Shown: positions 46,305 through 56,990, numbered from the stretch's first letter. The stretch: DNA of 64,000 nucleotides from Candidatus Cloacimonadales bacterium (GCA_963662275.1 OY759316.1:4064001-4128000); one strand, 5' to 3'. Notes: a model not told the origin generated them from the sequence alone. Translations and numbers: made by a program.

Positions 46305-49300
46305 TTATCTGACAATGGCAAATCTGCCTTTTTTTAATTCCCCACCCATCTCACAAATATAAAAGTACATGCCGGATGAAACTTTCTTACCGGAGTTATT
46401 GACCATGTCCCAATGATAGGTATAATTCACAGAAGTCAAAGCGGGAATGTTTGTATGATATACAAGCTCACCTGATATGTTATAAATTTTGAGATGTCCG
46501 TCTTTGTTTAAAGGAAAATTCATAAATGCTATTGAATTCACTTCTTTCAGGTTAATTGGATTTGGGTATACTGTCAAATGTGATAAATCCTTAATATCTG
46601 TTAGAAAGAATCTCGCTGTATTTTTGTGATTTGAAATCACATTTCCATGGAGATCTTCTACCTTTGAGATAATCAGGAAATATGGTTGATTTGTATACAT
46701 CATATTATTGTTAAAGTTGATCGTGGCAACAGCATCTTGGAATGTAACTGACTTGATAAAATTCTCATGATCCCCAAGTGGAGCAATTAATTCATAATTT
46801 GCTGCTAAGCTTGCTTCTTCTGGATTTAAACTCTCGGAAAAAGTAACCTGAATAGAATTCTTGCTGATTACTTCTGTAGACACGACTTCTGGAGGTATGC
46901 AATCAATTGCGTATGAAAAAGTGTATTCTGACATTTCAACAGGAACTCCTGTTACACCTGTAATGCCAGATAGTTTGACTGTAAAGTCTCCAACATCATT
47001 TGGAAAAGGACGTCTGAATCTTAATAACAAGCCGTGCGATTCCGAAATAATAATTGTTGAAAATGGATTACCTATCCCGGGTTCGACTTGGTAATGACCA
47101 ACATTAATGGCTTCACTTGCCAAGGCTTGATCAAAGACCAATTTCACTTCATTCGATGCGGTCATTTCAATCTGCATCAAACGAGGTGCCGGATTAGGTA
47201 TTACTTCTTTCCATTGGCTATATTTACTCTCGTTTGGCTGCATACTATTTTTGATACTGGAAACTGCAAATTCGTATGTATTCCCAGATACTAATGTAGT
47301 GTCTACAAATTCGGAAGAAGTTGTTGAACCAACAACAGTCTCAATAGAATTAAAGCGTCTGTGAATCTGATAGTAATCAGCATCAACCTGCTTCCAAGTC
47401 ATTTTCACAGAGTTCCCATTCAACGGTGTGATCCGAATATTTTCAGGAGTCATTGGACCTGTAAAAACCTGGCTTGCTTTAATTTCATAACTTCTCAATA
47501 CATTCTGATCATTCACATTGTTTACAAGGATATGAACATTACTTGAAGTCGGTTCTTTAAATGCCAGCATCTGGTATGTTTTCAGACTTTCGCCTCTCCA
47601 AATTGGCTTGAATTTGCCATCCACATATGAAACAATATACATATTTGGAGAAAGAGATAGCAGTAATTCATCCTTTCCATCATTATTGATATCAAGACAA
47701 CTGATCGAGTTCTCTGAGGTTACTTCGGTAAAACTGATATTACCCACACTGGCATATTGGTCGTTGCCAGTAGTTGTGAAAAAATTGAAATACCAAAAGG
47801 TCTTATTGGGGTTAATCAGGTCTGTTTGATATCCGCCAACAACGAAATCTTTCCCTCCATCCCCATTAAAATCACCTACTGCCAAATAATAGGCATTAGG
47901 TACAGGTAACCGAGCCGTCCAAGTCATGTTATATGTAGTTTGAGATGTCACTTCAAAAATCATGATATCGCCATCTGTATCTGCGGCTAGAATATCGGGA
48001 ATTGTATCACCGTCTAAATTCGCACATGCAACTTTAGGAACAAATGTATTCCTCTGTGATGTTGCGGTTTTATTTTGAATCTGATTCTTTGCATCAAATG
48101 CAGGCTGCGTACCAGTAGCAGATGGATTTCGTTTGTACAGTTGCAGAATTCGGTAAGCTGGAAGATTTTTAACGAGTATCAAATCCTGGGCTACTGTGCT
48201 ATTCGTGTTTTCATAATTCGCAAAAATACCACCGGAAATTCCTGTATCGTGCCATAAAGCAAAGTTATTTGGATATGAAAGTGAATCTGGTGTTTCGTAC
48301 AAAAATGCTGTGTCCAAATACAAACCAAGTACTTCAGTACCGGTACCGCTGGTATTTCCTAAATCCAAGGGCCAGAATTTATCATAGAAAAGATGCTTAT
48401 TAAGTAACTCGTTGCTATACAATTGGTAAATATTAACATCACCATAACCTGTATCTGGTAGTTGCATTCCAATGAATTCCAGGTTCCCATCATGATCAAA
48501 ATCACGGGCATTAGGAGATGTAACTAATGGGGGTCCCAATTCTGTTGGTTCAAAACCATTCCCCGAAACTGACTCATAACTCACTTCCAAGAAATTGTCT
48601 TTCCACTCTGATTCATAAGTCAGATTACTATGATTGACGGCGTATAATCGGATTGCGATTAATCCTTCCGGGAGTGTTTCCGGTAAGCGAACAACCTGAA
48701 GAGAATCTGCTGTAACACTATATGCTTCGTAAATATCACCAAATTCTGTCATGCAAGAAACCGTCAAATTCACAGGTTCATCGAATTTAGCCTGAACATA
48801 ATAGTTTACATTTTCTGCTGCATATCGCATCAAAGAAAACAAGCTACCTGGAATGAGATCAGGGGGTGTTCGATCAATACGGATTTCCCTGATACTACTA
48901 TATGTGGTTCCATTTGTATTGATAACTTCAATACGAATTTTATAATCCCCATCACTAAATTGAGGAGGGAATGTAAAATGTGCGAGAACACCATTTTGAA
49001 CAGGTTCATTATAAGAATGAGGTGTAGGATCGTTTGTACTTACATCAAGCCAACCACGTCCTGAGCGTGAATCTACGGCTGAGTACATGACTGAATATTG
49101 CATAAAATTAGGACTTGTCACAGTTCCAGTGATATCAAATTCTCCAGATAGTCCTTCATGATCCAGAGGATTTGTCATAATTACTTTAGGACTCACAGTA
49201 TTAGTCAGGAAATTATGGACATTCAGTAAGCCATTACCGTAACTATTGTCAAAACCGGGAGTACCCAGATCATCACAGGACATTAGTAATCTTGATCTAA

Positions 49301-50507
49301 CCTCTTCGTAACTCAGTCCTGGTTCTATGGAGAGTAATAAAGCAATACTTGCTGTGACAAAAGGAGCGGACATTGAAGTACCTGACTGATTCTTGTATAT
49401 GTCAGCACCAGAAGATTGGTATGTACTATAGATATCCTGCCCTGGAGCAACAAGATCAAGATCAGGACCAAAACTTGAGAAGCCTGCCAAATTCTTGTTA
49501 ATATCTACCGCCCCCACAGATATTACAGTGGAAAGCTGAGCTGGATAACTGAGAACAGGTTCTGGTGAATTACCTGCAGAAGCTACCAATATAACACCTT
49601 TGTCATAGGCATATTGACACGCATCCGAAATAATAGGTGAATAATTAGCATCACCCCAACTCATATTCACGACATCGGCTCCCATATCAGCAGCGTAGAT
49701 TAACGCTGCAGAAGCATCATCATCCTGGAGATAGCCTGAACCTTCAGTCGTTCTGAAACCCGCACGCAAGACCATCATTCTTACTGTCCAGTTAATGCCG
49801 GCAATACCAATCCCGTTGTTCGAGTCGGCACCAACGATACCTGCAACGTGTGTTCCATGAAAGTTTTCATCGGTTGGATCATTGTCTTGCGTTGTATAAT
49901 CTCCCAGACCAATATCTGATAATTCAGGAGCATCAGCAAAATCCCAGCCTCTCCAATCATCAATATAGCCATTACCATCATCATCAGTCCCATTATCTTT
50001 TAATTCACCGTTGACACCCCATTCTCCAGGATTGATATAAACATTATTCTGAAGATCAGGATGGTCAAAAAGCATTCCGGAATCAATCAAACCGACGATT
50101 ACCTGGTGATTACCTGTAGTTATGTCCCAAGCTTCAGGAATATGGCTAAGATAATACTGTTCGTTAGAATAATATGGATCATTAGGAGTGATGTAAAATT
50201 TGTTCAGATAATTGGGCTGAATGTATTCAATCCCCGCAAAATGTGGTTTGGAATTCTTAATTGTTTGCCAATCAGGTTCTTCAGACAATATCGCGGTAAA
50301 ATAGCGGTTATTGGACTTTGATGATACGGGCTTAATACTTTGAGGTCTGTAATTTTGCAGGAATTGATCAAATTGTGTCAAACCTGTCTGTCCTCTGGTT
50401 ATTTGAATCGGGGCAGAAGTCTTAAAGATAATCTGTTTTGGAACATATTCCACAGTTTGGGCTAAACAGCAGATTAACCACAACATGATAATGTAAAACC
50501 ACTTCAC
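46305..50507 (-). CDS. Secreted S8 subtilisin-like peptidase with FG-GAP-like, FN3/Ig repeats and T9SS-type CTD
   Basis: Triad IDSG, HGTHVAG, GTSMSAP; SAGN; DxDGD repeats; YPNP C-terminus. Confidence 0.92.
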   Translation of the reverse strand: MKWFYIIMLWLICCLAQTVEYVPKQIIFKTSAPIQITRGQTGLTQFDQFLQNYRPQSIKPVSSKSNNRYFTAILSEEPDWQTIKNSKPHFAGIEYIQPNYLNKFYITPNDPYYSNEQYYLSHIPEAWDITTGNHQVIVGLIDSGMLFDHPDLQNNVYINPGEWGVNGELKDNGTDDDGNGYIDDWRGWDFADAPELSDIGLGDYTTQDNDPTDENFHGTHVAGIVGADSNNGIGIAGINWTVRMMVLRAGFRTTEGSGYLQDDDASAALIYAADMGADVVNMSWGDANYSPIISDACQYAYDKGVILVASAGNSPEPVLSYPAQLSTVISVGAVDINKNLAGFSSFGPDLDLVAPGQDIYSTYQSSGADIYKNQSGTSMSAPFVTASIALLLSIEPGLSYEEVRSRLLMSCDDLGTPGFDNSYGNGLLNVHNFLTNTVSPKVIMTNPLDHEGLSGEFDITGTVTSPNFMQYSVMYSAVDSRSGRGWLDVSTNDPTPHSYNEPVQNGVLAHFTFPPQFSDGDYKIRIEVINTNGTTYSSIREIRIDRTPPDLIPGSLFSLMRYAAENVNYYVQAKFDEPVNLTVSCMTEFGDIYEAYSVTADSLQVVRLPETLPEGLIAIRLYAVNHSNLTYESEWKDNFLEVSYESVSGNGFEPTELGPPLVTSPNARDFDHDGNLEFIGMQLPDTGYGDVNIYQLYSNELLNKHLFYDKFWPLDLGNTSGTGTEVLGLYLDTAFLYETPDSLSYPNNFALWHDTGISGGIFANYENTNSTVAQDLILVKNLPAYRILQLYKRNPSATGTQPAFDAKNQIQNKTATSQRNTFVPKVACANLDGDTIPDILAADTDGDIMIFEVTSQTTYNMTWTARLPVPNAYYLAVGDFNGDGGKDFVVGGYQTDLINPNKTFWYFNFFTTTGNDQYASVGNISFTEVTSENSISCLDINNDGKDELLLSLSPNMYIVSYVDGKFKPIWRGESLKTYQMLAFKEPTSSNVHILVNNVNDQNVLRSYEIKASQVFTGPMTPENIRITPLNGNSVKMTWKQVDADYYQIHRRFNSIETVVGSTTSSEFVDTTLVSGNTYEFAVSSIKNSMQPNESKYSQWKEVIPNPAPRLMQIEMTASNEVKLVFDQALASEAINVGHYQVEPGIGNPFSTIIISESHGLLLRFRRPFPNDVGDFTVKLSGITGVTGVPVEMSEYTFSYAIDCIPPEVVSTEVISKNSIQVTFSESLNPEEASLAANYELIAPLGDHENFIKSVTFQDAVATINFNNNMMYTNQPYFLIISKVEDLHGNVISNHKNTARFFLTDIKDLSHLTVYPNPINLKEVNSIAFMNFPLNKDGHLKIYNISGELVYHTNIPALTSVNYTYHWDMVNNSGKKVSSGMYFYICEMGGELKKGRFAIVR

Positions 50508-50534
50508 AGTATTTTTCCTTTTTGTCCTTTCATA

Positions 50535-51488
50535 CTAGAATTGGTAAGTAACACCAATCCTATGTACAGCATCAGTTTCTGTTGAAACTAAATAATAAGG
50601 GGTATAAGCATAATCAACCAGAAAATGCATGATCTTAAAACCTGCCCCTATCGTCCAACTTGGTGCATCATTATATTTATTATCATACATAGTGTTAAGT
50701 AAGTAATTCAAATCCGTACCTAATCTAACACTGAAAATATCCTGGTAGGTTGTTTGTACACCCATCTTACCACTCCAAGAACAACCTGATTCAAAGATAG
50801 ATTTGACCTCCACTGTTGTGATTAAAGGTATACTAGCTAAAGTGGGAAAATCCTTGCTAATACCAAAATCTAACCGTTTTGACAGTTGTATGCTTTCTTT
50901 ATCCATCTTTGAAGTAAAACCGATATTACGGATAGCTGTAAATACCCGGGTATTTCGGAGAGGTGGAAGATAAGTATAACCTAAATCGAAAGTTGCTCCA
51001 TAACTGGAAGCTGCATCAATCTTCTCATATAATAGACCGGCATTGATTCCTAAATAATGATCAGGATGCAGTCTGTATCCGCTGCTGATCATAAGATTCA
51101 AGTCCAGGGGATGAAACGTACCGACAATTTGACCGGAATCATCTCTTTTATCGATACTACCGTAATCAAGAGTTCTCATACCAATGCCAAAGTGTTTTTT
51201 ACCATTGGAATTTGAGAAGAAAATACTATTTTGGTTGGTATCAACCAGATAACTATTTTGTGTAAATGAGATCAACCGGTTATTTCTTAAAACAGGAGCA
51301 GCAGAATTCTCCAGAAAGCCACTTGCATCCTGGTTCGAAAATGTCCCTGTATTACTTTGACCGGAGATACCAACACCTACAGGAATATTCAGCATTTTAA
51401 AACCATATTCTGCGTTGCCGGATATACCGCATAGAGTTACACAGATTCCAACGCAGAAGAGGATTATTAATGAAAGGGATTTATTCAT
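50535..51488 (-). CDS. PorV/PorQ-family outer membrane barrel
   Basis: FKMLNIPVG, LDYGSI, YEKID..GATFDLG, RNIG, DYAYTP, HRIGVTYQF. Confidence 0.78.
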   Translation of the reverse strand: MNKSLSLIILFCVGICVTLCGISGNAEYGFKMLNIPVGVGISGQSNTGTFSNQDASGFLENSAAPVLRNNRLISFTQNSYLVDTNQNSIFFSNSNGKKHFGIGMRTLDYGSIDKRDDSGQIVGTFHPLDLNLMISSGYRLHPDHYLGINAGLLYEKIDAASSYGATFDLGYTYLPPLRNTRVFTAIRNIGFTSKMDKESIQLSKRLDFGISKDFPTLASIPLITTVEVKSIFESGCSWSGKMGVQTTYQDIFSVRLGTDLNYLLNTMYDNKYNDAPSWTIGAGFKIMHFLVDYAYTPYYLVSTETDAVHRIGVTYQF

Positions 51489-51502
51489 ATCTATTCTCCA
51501 CT

Positions 51503-54500
51503 TTACTTTTCAATTGCAAATTTCAGGGACTTTCTTTCCCCATTACTATATAATTCAGCAAGATATATACCAGATGCCATTTTTTTTATCGGTAATTGAA
51601 TTTTTTGCTGATTAGGCAGATAGGCTTCACAAGTAATTTTATTTCCATATAATTGCTTACCTGCAATATCGTATATCTTCACTTCTACCTGGGTTGTCTT
51701 ACTTGTCATAATCCTAAATGTGATTTTCGGTGAAAAAATCTGTTTCCAAGGATTTGGGTAAATATACACTTCGCCTGGTACAAACAACTTACTTGTTTGA
51801 AATAGGTTAGTGAGTCCATGATTAGTGTATACAGCATTTCGTTGTAGATTACCATATTCAGTAAACCATCCAAGCCGGATTTGGCTCAAATCTGCACTCT
51901 CAATCTGTTGCCGGTACACTGTCCCTGAATTGGAAGCTGAATAAATGTAATACAAACCTTCAGCATCTTTCCCGATTAATGGATAGCTAAGACTCCTTTC
52001 CTGCATGGACACCGGGTATCCATTTTGAGGATGAAAGGAAGGATAGCCTGATGCATTCCATACGTATAGACGGTTTTTGGACATATTTCCCAAGATCTCA
52101 GATTTACCATCGGAATTCAGATCCGTTGCCCAAATTCCACCGGCTACATGCAGCGTATCAGGATTCGTGACAATCGATAAAGGATAGTTTAAAAGGCTAC
52201 CATCATACCCAAAAATTGCATAGCTGTTTTCACCACCAATCAATATTTCCAGATATCCATTTTGATTAACATCCGCAAATGATGGTAAAGCATAGTTAGC
52301 AAAGGGGATTATCACAGGATAACCGGATTTCAAAACGCCATTTATGTTACATACGTATAATCCCTGTCCGGCACATACAACCAAATTATAAAGACCAACA
52401 TCTCTAGATGTTTGGTCTGCCAAAGATTGAGATAAAGGAGCCAAAGCAATACTGGTGATTACTGAATCAGCAGGAATTAAGAGATTATATTCACTGGTTT
52501 CATGGGTTACATAATCTGTATGATTCAGGATATACAATCCATCCCTTTTCGTAATGGACATGATTTTCTGATTCGCAAAAAGGATATTCCCACAAATTCG
52601 TCCATTGAAAGGAATGTTTATCTCATTTCCACTGCTTGTAGTGTTTTGAATCACGATTTCAGATGCATTCTCATCGACTTTATTCAAAGGCAATAAGAGA
52701 GAATCGCTATTAATTAGTACTGGACCAGCAGCCCAAGTTCTTCCGTGCCTGGCAAATAGAACTGAATAATGACTTGCTGTGTCATAAAACAACCGATACA
52801 ATGCAGTATTTTGCTGATCATTCAGATCATAGGGTATAAAGATATTTCCATTCGATGGATCACATGCATACATTTTACTGATTGGATTCATAGAAGGGAT
52901 GGAAAAGGGGATTTTCACATCATTTTTCCATATTACCATCTTACCGTTCGGCATTGGATAGAATAATTCATCAGAATCATCATGATCAAAGTCAAAAAAC
53001 ATTGCCGGTATCGGATTGGTACCAACATATCCAGCATCCAGGCTCCACCTGAATCTAACATCAAAGGTCATCGTCTTCCCTGATGAACTGATATTGGATA
53101 CTTCGAGAGGAACTCCTCCATAATAACTGTCAGCAGTAGGTTGTGACACCAAACCATTGTGAGAAGCAAATCCAAAATACGCATTATTCCCAACTCGATA
53201 TGAATCATTGGGACCTCCACGAAAATAAGGATTACTGATATTTGTGGCATCCAAGTCTTGTATCCCGCTTGCTTCTTCCAGGTCAACACCCTTGTGCGAT
53301 GCTGTTCCATTGACGTGATCTAATCCTTCAGCAGGAATGAAATTAGCTGCTATGACATTTTCATCAATGTGCCAAATCAGGATACCTGAACCATCTTCCG
53401 GTGATAAAGGTCCGCCATAACCAGGCAGGAAGAAATCCCATTCACAACCTTTATACCGATTTGTCATAAAATCAAATCTCGGCACGGGGTCATAAGGCAG
53501 TGTATCTGCTGGATCATGGTAGTAGTATGCTTGTCCGTTCTGCAATAATACAAAAGTAAAACTTGCTTGACCGTTGAGCATGCTATTATCAGGATTCTCA
53601 GCACGATTCTCCAGGAGATAGTACTCATGGTCAGAAATTGGTAATTTCACTACTTTCGTTGTGTTAAAATTATGGGAAATAAGATAATCCATCTTGATTT
53701 GGGTCGAATCAGCATTGATGACTTTAGGCTGCTCCCAACCCATCAAAGTACGACAAAAAGCAGAAGGCAATGCCGGAACATAGCCATTCGCATTCCAGGC
53801 ACCAGTGCCCATAATACAGAAATTACCAACACCTTCAGATCTGCCATTACTCCAAACATTGTCAAAAAGATTCGGCATTCCTAGCTGATGACCGAATTGA
53901 TTTGCCAAAACCCCTAAAACACTGAATACATATCCTCCATACTCTTCTCCCTGGGGGAAATAATCCTGCCATTCCCATTCCGGGACAATGACCATTTCTT
54001 TGATAAATTTCCCATCATTCGTAGGTATCCCTGGATAATTATCATTGTATGGATCAAATCCCAACTGCAAATCCATACGGGAAATAAAAGTACTCCATAA
54101 TTCATTGGGACGTGCTTGATCGATATCTGATTCCTGCCCGGCACCTGCATGAAAAACGACAATCGCATCATATTGATTGAAATCGATTTTATTATCCATG
54201 GCTAGAATTATGTCTCTCGCCAATTCAGCTTGTCTTGTGGCAGCGAATGTAGTATCATCCACACCATAATAACTCATCGACTGAGATAGGTTGATGACAG
54301 TATCAGGGACTGTATATTGAAGCTGATATTTACCGTGTGAGGCATCCGTATAATAGTCAGAAAGATGTAGCATATATCTGTCAAAGAAAGCACGATTATG
54401 AACCAGGGAATCCGGATATTGAGGACTGTTAACAAAACTGACATCAGAAAATTGTACTCTTAGAACTAGTATACTATCGGGAAAATTTGTATCTCTTCGT

Positions 54501-54640
54501 TGGTTATGAATTCCGAATATTTCAGAGGAATGAGAACCGGGTAACTTGACTTTCCCATTGTACTTCGGATGGGGTGGAGCATAAGCTGCAAGTGCGAAAA
54601 CGATAGTCAATAAAACTATCGTCACCAAAGTGCGTTTCAT
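51503..54640 (-). CDS. M6 (InhA-like) metalloprotease-family protein with degenerate active site and CTD
   Basis: ILVLRVQFSD, DYYTDASHG, VFHAGAGQE, GNFCIMGTG, YYLLENR, GILIWHIDE; HExxH replaced by NQFGH. Confidence 0.85.
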   Translation of the reverse strand: MKRTLVTIVLLTIVFALAAYAPPHPKYNGKVKLPGSHSSEIFGIHNQRRDTNFPDSILVLRVQFSDVSFVNSPQYPDSLVHNRAFFDRYMLHLSDYYTDASHGKYQLQYTVPDTVINLSQSMSYYGVDDTTFAATRQAELARDIILAMDNKIDFNQYDAIVVFHAGAGQESDIDQARPNELWSTFISRMDLQLGFDPYNDNYPGIPTNDGKFIKEMVIVPEWEWQDYFPQGEEYGGYVFSVLGVLANQFGHQLGMPNLFDNVWSNGRSEGVGNFCIMGTGAWNANGYVPALPSAFCRTLMGWEQPKVINADSTQIKMDYLISHNFNTTKVVKLPISDHEYYLLENRAENPDNSMLNGQASFTFVLLQNGQAYYYHDPADTLPYDPVPRFDFMTNRYKGCEWDFFLPGYGGPLSPEDGSGILIWHIDENVIAANFIPAEGLDHVNGTASHKGVDLEEASGIQDLDATNISNPYFRGGPNDSYRVGNNAYFGFASHNGLVSQPTADSYYGGVPLEVSNISSSGKTMTFDVRFRWSLDAGYVGTNPIPAMFFDFDHDDSDELFYPMPNGKMVIWKNDVKIPFSIPSMNPISKMYACDPSNGNIFIPYDLNDQQNTALYRLFYDTASHYSVLFARHGRTWAAGPVLINSDSLLLPLNKVDENASEIVIQNTTSSGNEINIPFNGRICGNILFANQKIMSITKRDGLYILNHTDYVTHETSEYNLLIPADSVITSIALAPLSQSLADQTSRDVGLYNLVVCAGQGLYVCNINGVLKSGYPVIIPFANYALPSFADVNQNGYLEILIGGENSYAIFGYDGSLLNYPLSIVTNPDTLHVAGGIWATDLNSDGKSEILGNMSKNRLYVWNASGYPSFHPQNGYPVSMQERSLSYPLIGKDAEGLYYIYSASNSGTVYRQQIESADLSQIRLGWFTEYGNLQRNAVYTNHGLTNLFQTSKLFVPGEVYIYPNPWKQIFSPKITFRIMTSKTTQVEVKIYDIAGKQLYGNKITCEAYLPNQQKIQLPIKKMASGIYLAELYSNGERKSLKFAIEK

Positions 54641-54889
54641 AAATTCTCCTCAGTTTTTTCTGGGTAAAAAAGTCAGTAACCTAACAAATGCTCTTTACAT
54701 TCCACCACCTTATATACGATTATAATTGGTTATTGGGTGAAAAAGGAAACGCTATTTCCCAATTATCTTAAGTCAATTACATTGGGCTTGATACTGTGAT
54801 TGGAGTCAATATTTTTTTCAGTTTCACCTTGAGTAGCAAACTCTTCGAAAAATGTTTTGTCTAGCAACCGATGGAATTATTCTTCTTTT

Positions 54890-54921
54890 AGAATAAAAGA
54901 AACCCTCATTAAGAGGGTTTC
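54890..54921 (-). terminator. Rho-independent terminator after efp and the small gene
   Basis: GAAACCCTC / GAGGGTTTC stem followed by TTTT on the minus strand. Confidence 0.65.
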
Positions 54922-54973
54922 CATGATCTTCTAAAATTGTAATGATTCGTAAATCAGGCTGAGAATCAATATT

Positions 54974-55180
54974 CTATAATTTTCCTGACATAATATCATT
55001 TTCGTTGCATTTGCAGATGTTGCGAAATTCATATTTCGGTGACCATGAGCCAGCTTTTGATGCTTTCTCTAAGACTAATTTAATACGTTTGACTTCTGTA
55101 TTACATACCGGGCAGATCACCTTTCCTTCTGTCGAGGTTTCGTGCGCCAATTTTGCAGTAAAACTTCTTCCTTTTGCCAT
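54974..55180 (-). CDS. Small basic zinc-ribbon protein, possible bL38/DUF4295-like ribosomal protein
   Basis: AGGAGG RBS; MAKGRSF..CPVC..KRIKLV..KAGSW..CKC; directly after efp. Confidence 0.75.
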   Translation of the reverse strand: MAKGRSFTAKLAHETSTEGKVICPVCNTEVKRIKLVLEKASKAGSWSPKYEFRNICKCNENDIMSGKL

Positions 55181-55208
55181 TTTTCCTCCTAAGATTTCAT
55201 ACTATCGA

Positions 55209-55772
55209 TCAGGCACGTTCGATGTATTCGCCTGTTCGAGTATCGATCTTGATTTTTTCTCCCGCTTCCACGAAGAACGGGATCATGATTCTTAAACCTG
55301 TTTCCGTAAATGCAACTTTACCGCCACCACTGGAAGCTGTGTTGCCCTTTACGTTCGGTTCACATTCTTCTATTTTCTGAATCACCGTAGTAGGTAATTC
55401 AATATCTATGATTTCACCGGCTTCTGTCATCAGAACACCAATTTCCATGTTTTCCTGGAGAAATTTATCACGCTCTCCTATTACTATCTTATCAACATGT
55501 ATCTGCTCATAGGTCTCATTATCCATTAGGACAAAGAATTCACCATCTTTATACAAAAAAACTTTCTTCGTTTTTTCCACACGCACTTCATTCAAGGTTT
55601 CCGTTGTCCGAAACGTGTTTTCAAGCACCTGACCGGTCTTCATATTCTTCATCTTAGTACGGACAAATGCTCCACCCTTACCTGGCTTAACATGCAAAAA
55701 ATCAACCACTTGGTAAAGACCGTTCTTGAATTCTATGATCATGCCATTGCGTATATCCGAAGTCGTTGCCAT
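55209..55772 (-). CDS. efp: Elongation factor P
   Basis: HVKPGKGGAFVR, KGNTAS, PFFV..IDTRTGEYIERA. Confidence 0.97.
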   Translation of the reverse strand: MATTSDIRNGMIIEFKNGLYQVVDFLHVKPGKGGAFVRTKMKNMKTGQVLENTFRTTETLNEVRVEKTKKVFLYKDGEFFVLMDNETYEQIHVDKIVIGERDKFLQENMEIGVLMTEAGEIIDIELPTTVIQKIEECEPNVKGNTASSGGGKVAFTETGLRIMIPFFVEAGEKIKIDTRTGEYIERA

Positions 55773-55846
55773 AAATACCCCTTTTTCTTCGAGTTATCGT
55801 GAAATTCCAGACTTCAAAATGCGGTAGTTCTGGCAAGAAATTTTTT

Positions 55847-56130
55847 GTTGCATAAGATTGTATCTTGTTTTCCCCGATGGTTTGAAACCTCGGGGGTCTG
55901 TTTTTTTTAGAGTTACTGAGTTTCAAACCTACCAACATTACAGCTAACAAAGCTATGGCACAGAATCCAAACCCATTAATGTGTCCCTCATTAGACACTC
56001 TTATTCCCCAAAGATACTACTAATTCAAATCCAATCTCATGCTAATTCTATACCAATCTCAAACCAGTTTGCTGAAACAGGAATGAAACAGGAATGAAAC
56101 TGGTATCAAACAGGATTGAAATTGGTATAA
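55847..56130. repeat. CATAAGATTGTATCTTGTT element (55847-55896) and 125-bp 11-mer element copy 2 (56006-56130)
   Basis: Inverted counterparts of 21841-21943 and 21595-21719. Confidence 0.75.
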
Positions 56131-56192
56131 ATTAAGGGGTTCTCTTGTGGTTCCCTGGAGCTAGGAAGGACAGGAGAGAGGGGAAATGGTTC

Positions 56193-56528
56193 GTATCACG
56201 GCTTGTTAAGCCGTTAATGGAAGGACTGTTAGTCCTGAATCATTTTCTCTTCCAAGAATCAAGGCATAGCATTTCATCCAGCAGAATAACGGGGGATAAC
56301 ATCCCCTCGTTTAACAGCTTAACAAGCTGTGATACGGTTTTTAACATTCCTGGGGTGGCGAACTCCGATTCGCCACATGCCAAATCGGAGTTTGGCATCC
56401 CAACTTTCATGCAACGTCCGAAGGATTAAATTTAGCAGAGTAGGGGCACATGGCAATACGCCTAACTTTTCTTATTCGGGTTCTGGAGTTTTAACAGATG
56501 TAGAGACGCGCAAGTTGCACGTCTCTAC
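56193..56528. repeat. Cluster of several different REP-like palindromes
   Basis: GTATCACGGCTTGTTAAGCCGTTA / TAACAGCTTAACAAGCTGTGATAC pair; GTGGCGAACTCCGATTCGCCAC / GCCAAATCGGAGTTTGGC pair; GTAGGGGC..; GTAGAGACG..CGTCTCTAC. Confidence 0.75.
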
Positions 56529-56990
56529 TTGGCATGTGGACTTCAGAAGCGATATTTTCATCACTTGGTTGCAAAGAAGGAGCGAAGAGTGGGAAAATTG
56601 GTCTGATTTATTCCCACTCCAATAAGGAATCAAAACCGAATATGAAGATAGCCTATGAGATGTGTTTAGCTTTTTATAATCTCCCATATTTAAATCAGCA
56701 CTTTTCTTTTGATAACCATTTTCTATGAGAATTGCTCTGAAGTTGGCCTCAATTTCTATACATGTTCTAATAAGAAGTTCATGAATTCGAAATGAGTAAG
56801 TCACCTCGTTTGTATCTGAAGGTTCAATATAATCGAATAAATTAATCAAATCTTTCTGAATTAACATAAATGCTCTTATATAATCAATAGGAGAATCAGC
56901 AAACTCTGGATGAGTTATATATCCTTCTCCCGAAAAGCAACCGTCCATATTACAACGACAGTTTCTTTTGAATGGAAATTTGTGTCCCAT
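56472..56990 (-). pseudogene. Probably 3'-truncated hypothetical gene running into the REP cluster
   Basis: GAGGAG RBS and a protein-like first ~125 aa (YIEPSD..YSFRIHELLIRTCIEIEANF); the tail overlaps repeat sequence. Confidence 0.5.

Noticed and set aside
55702..56728. ORFs 55702-55998, 56145-56429, 56329-56625 and 56534-56728; possible tmRNA, RNase P or 6S RNA
   Set aside because: The ORFs run through palindromic repeats. No tRNA-like ends or RNase P P4 motif were found, and the hairpins match dispersed REP types.
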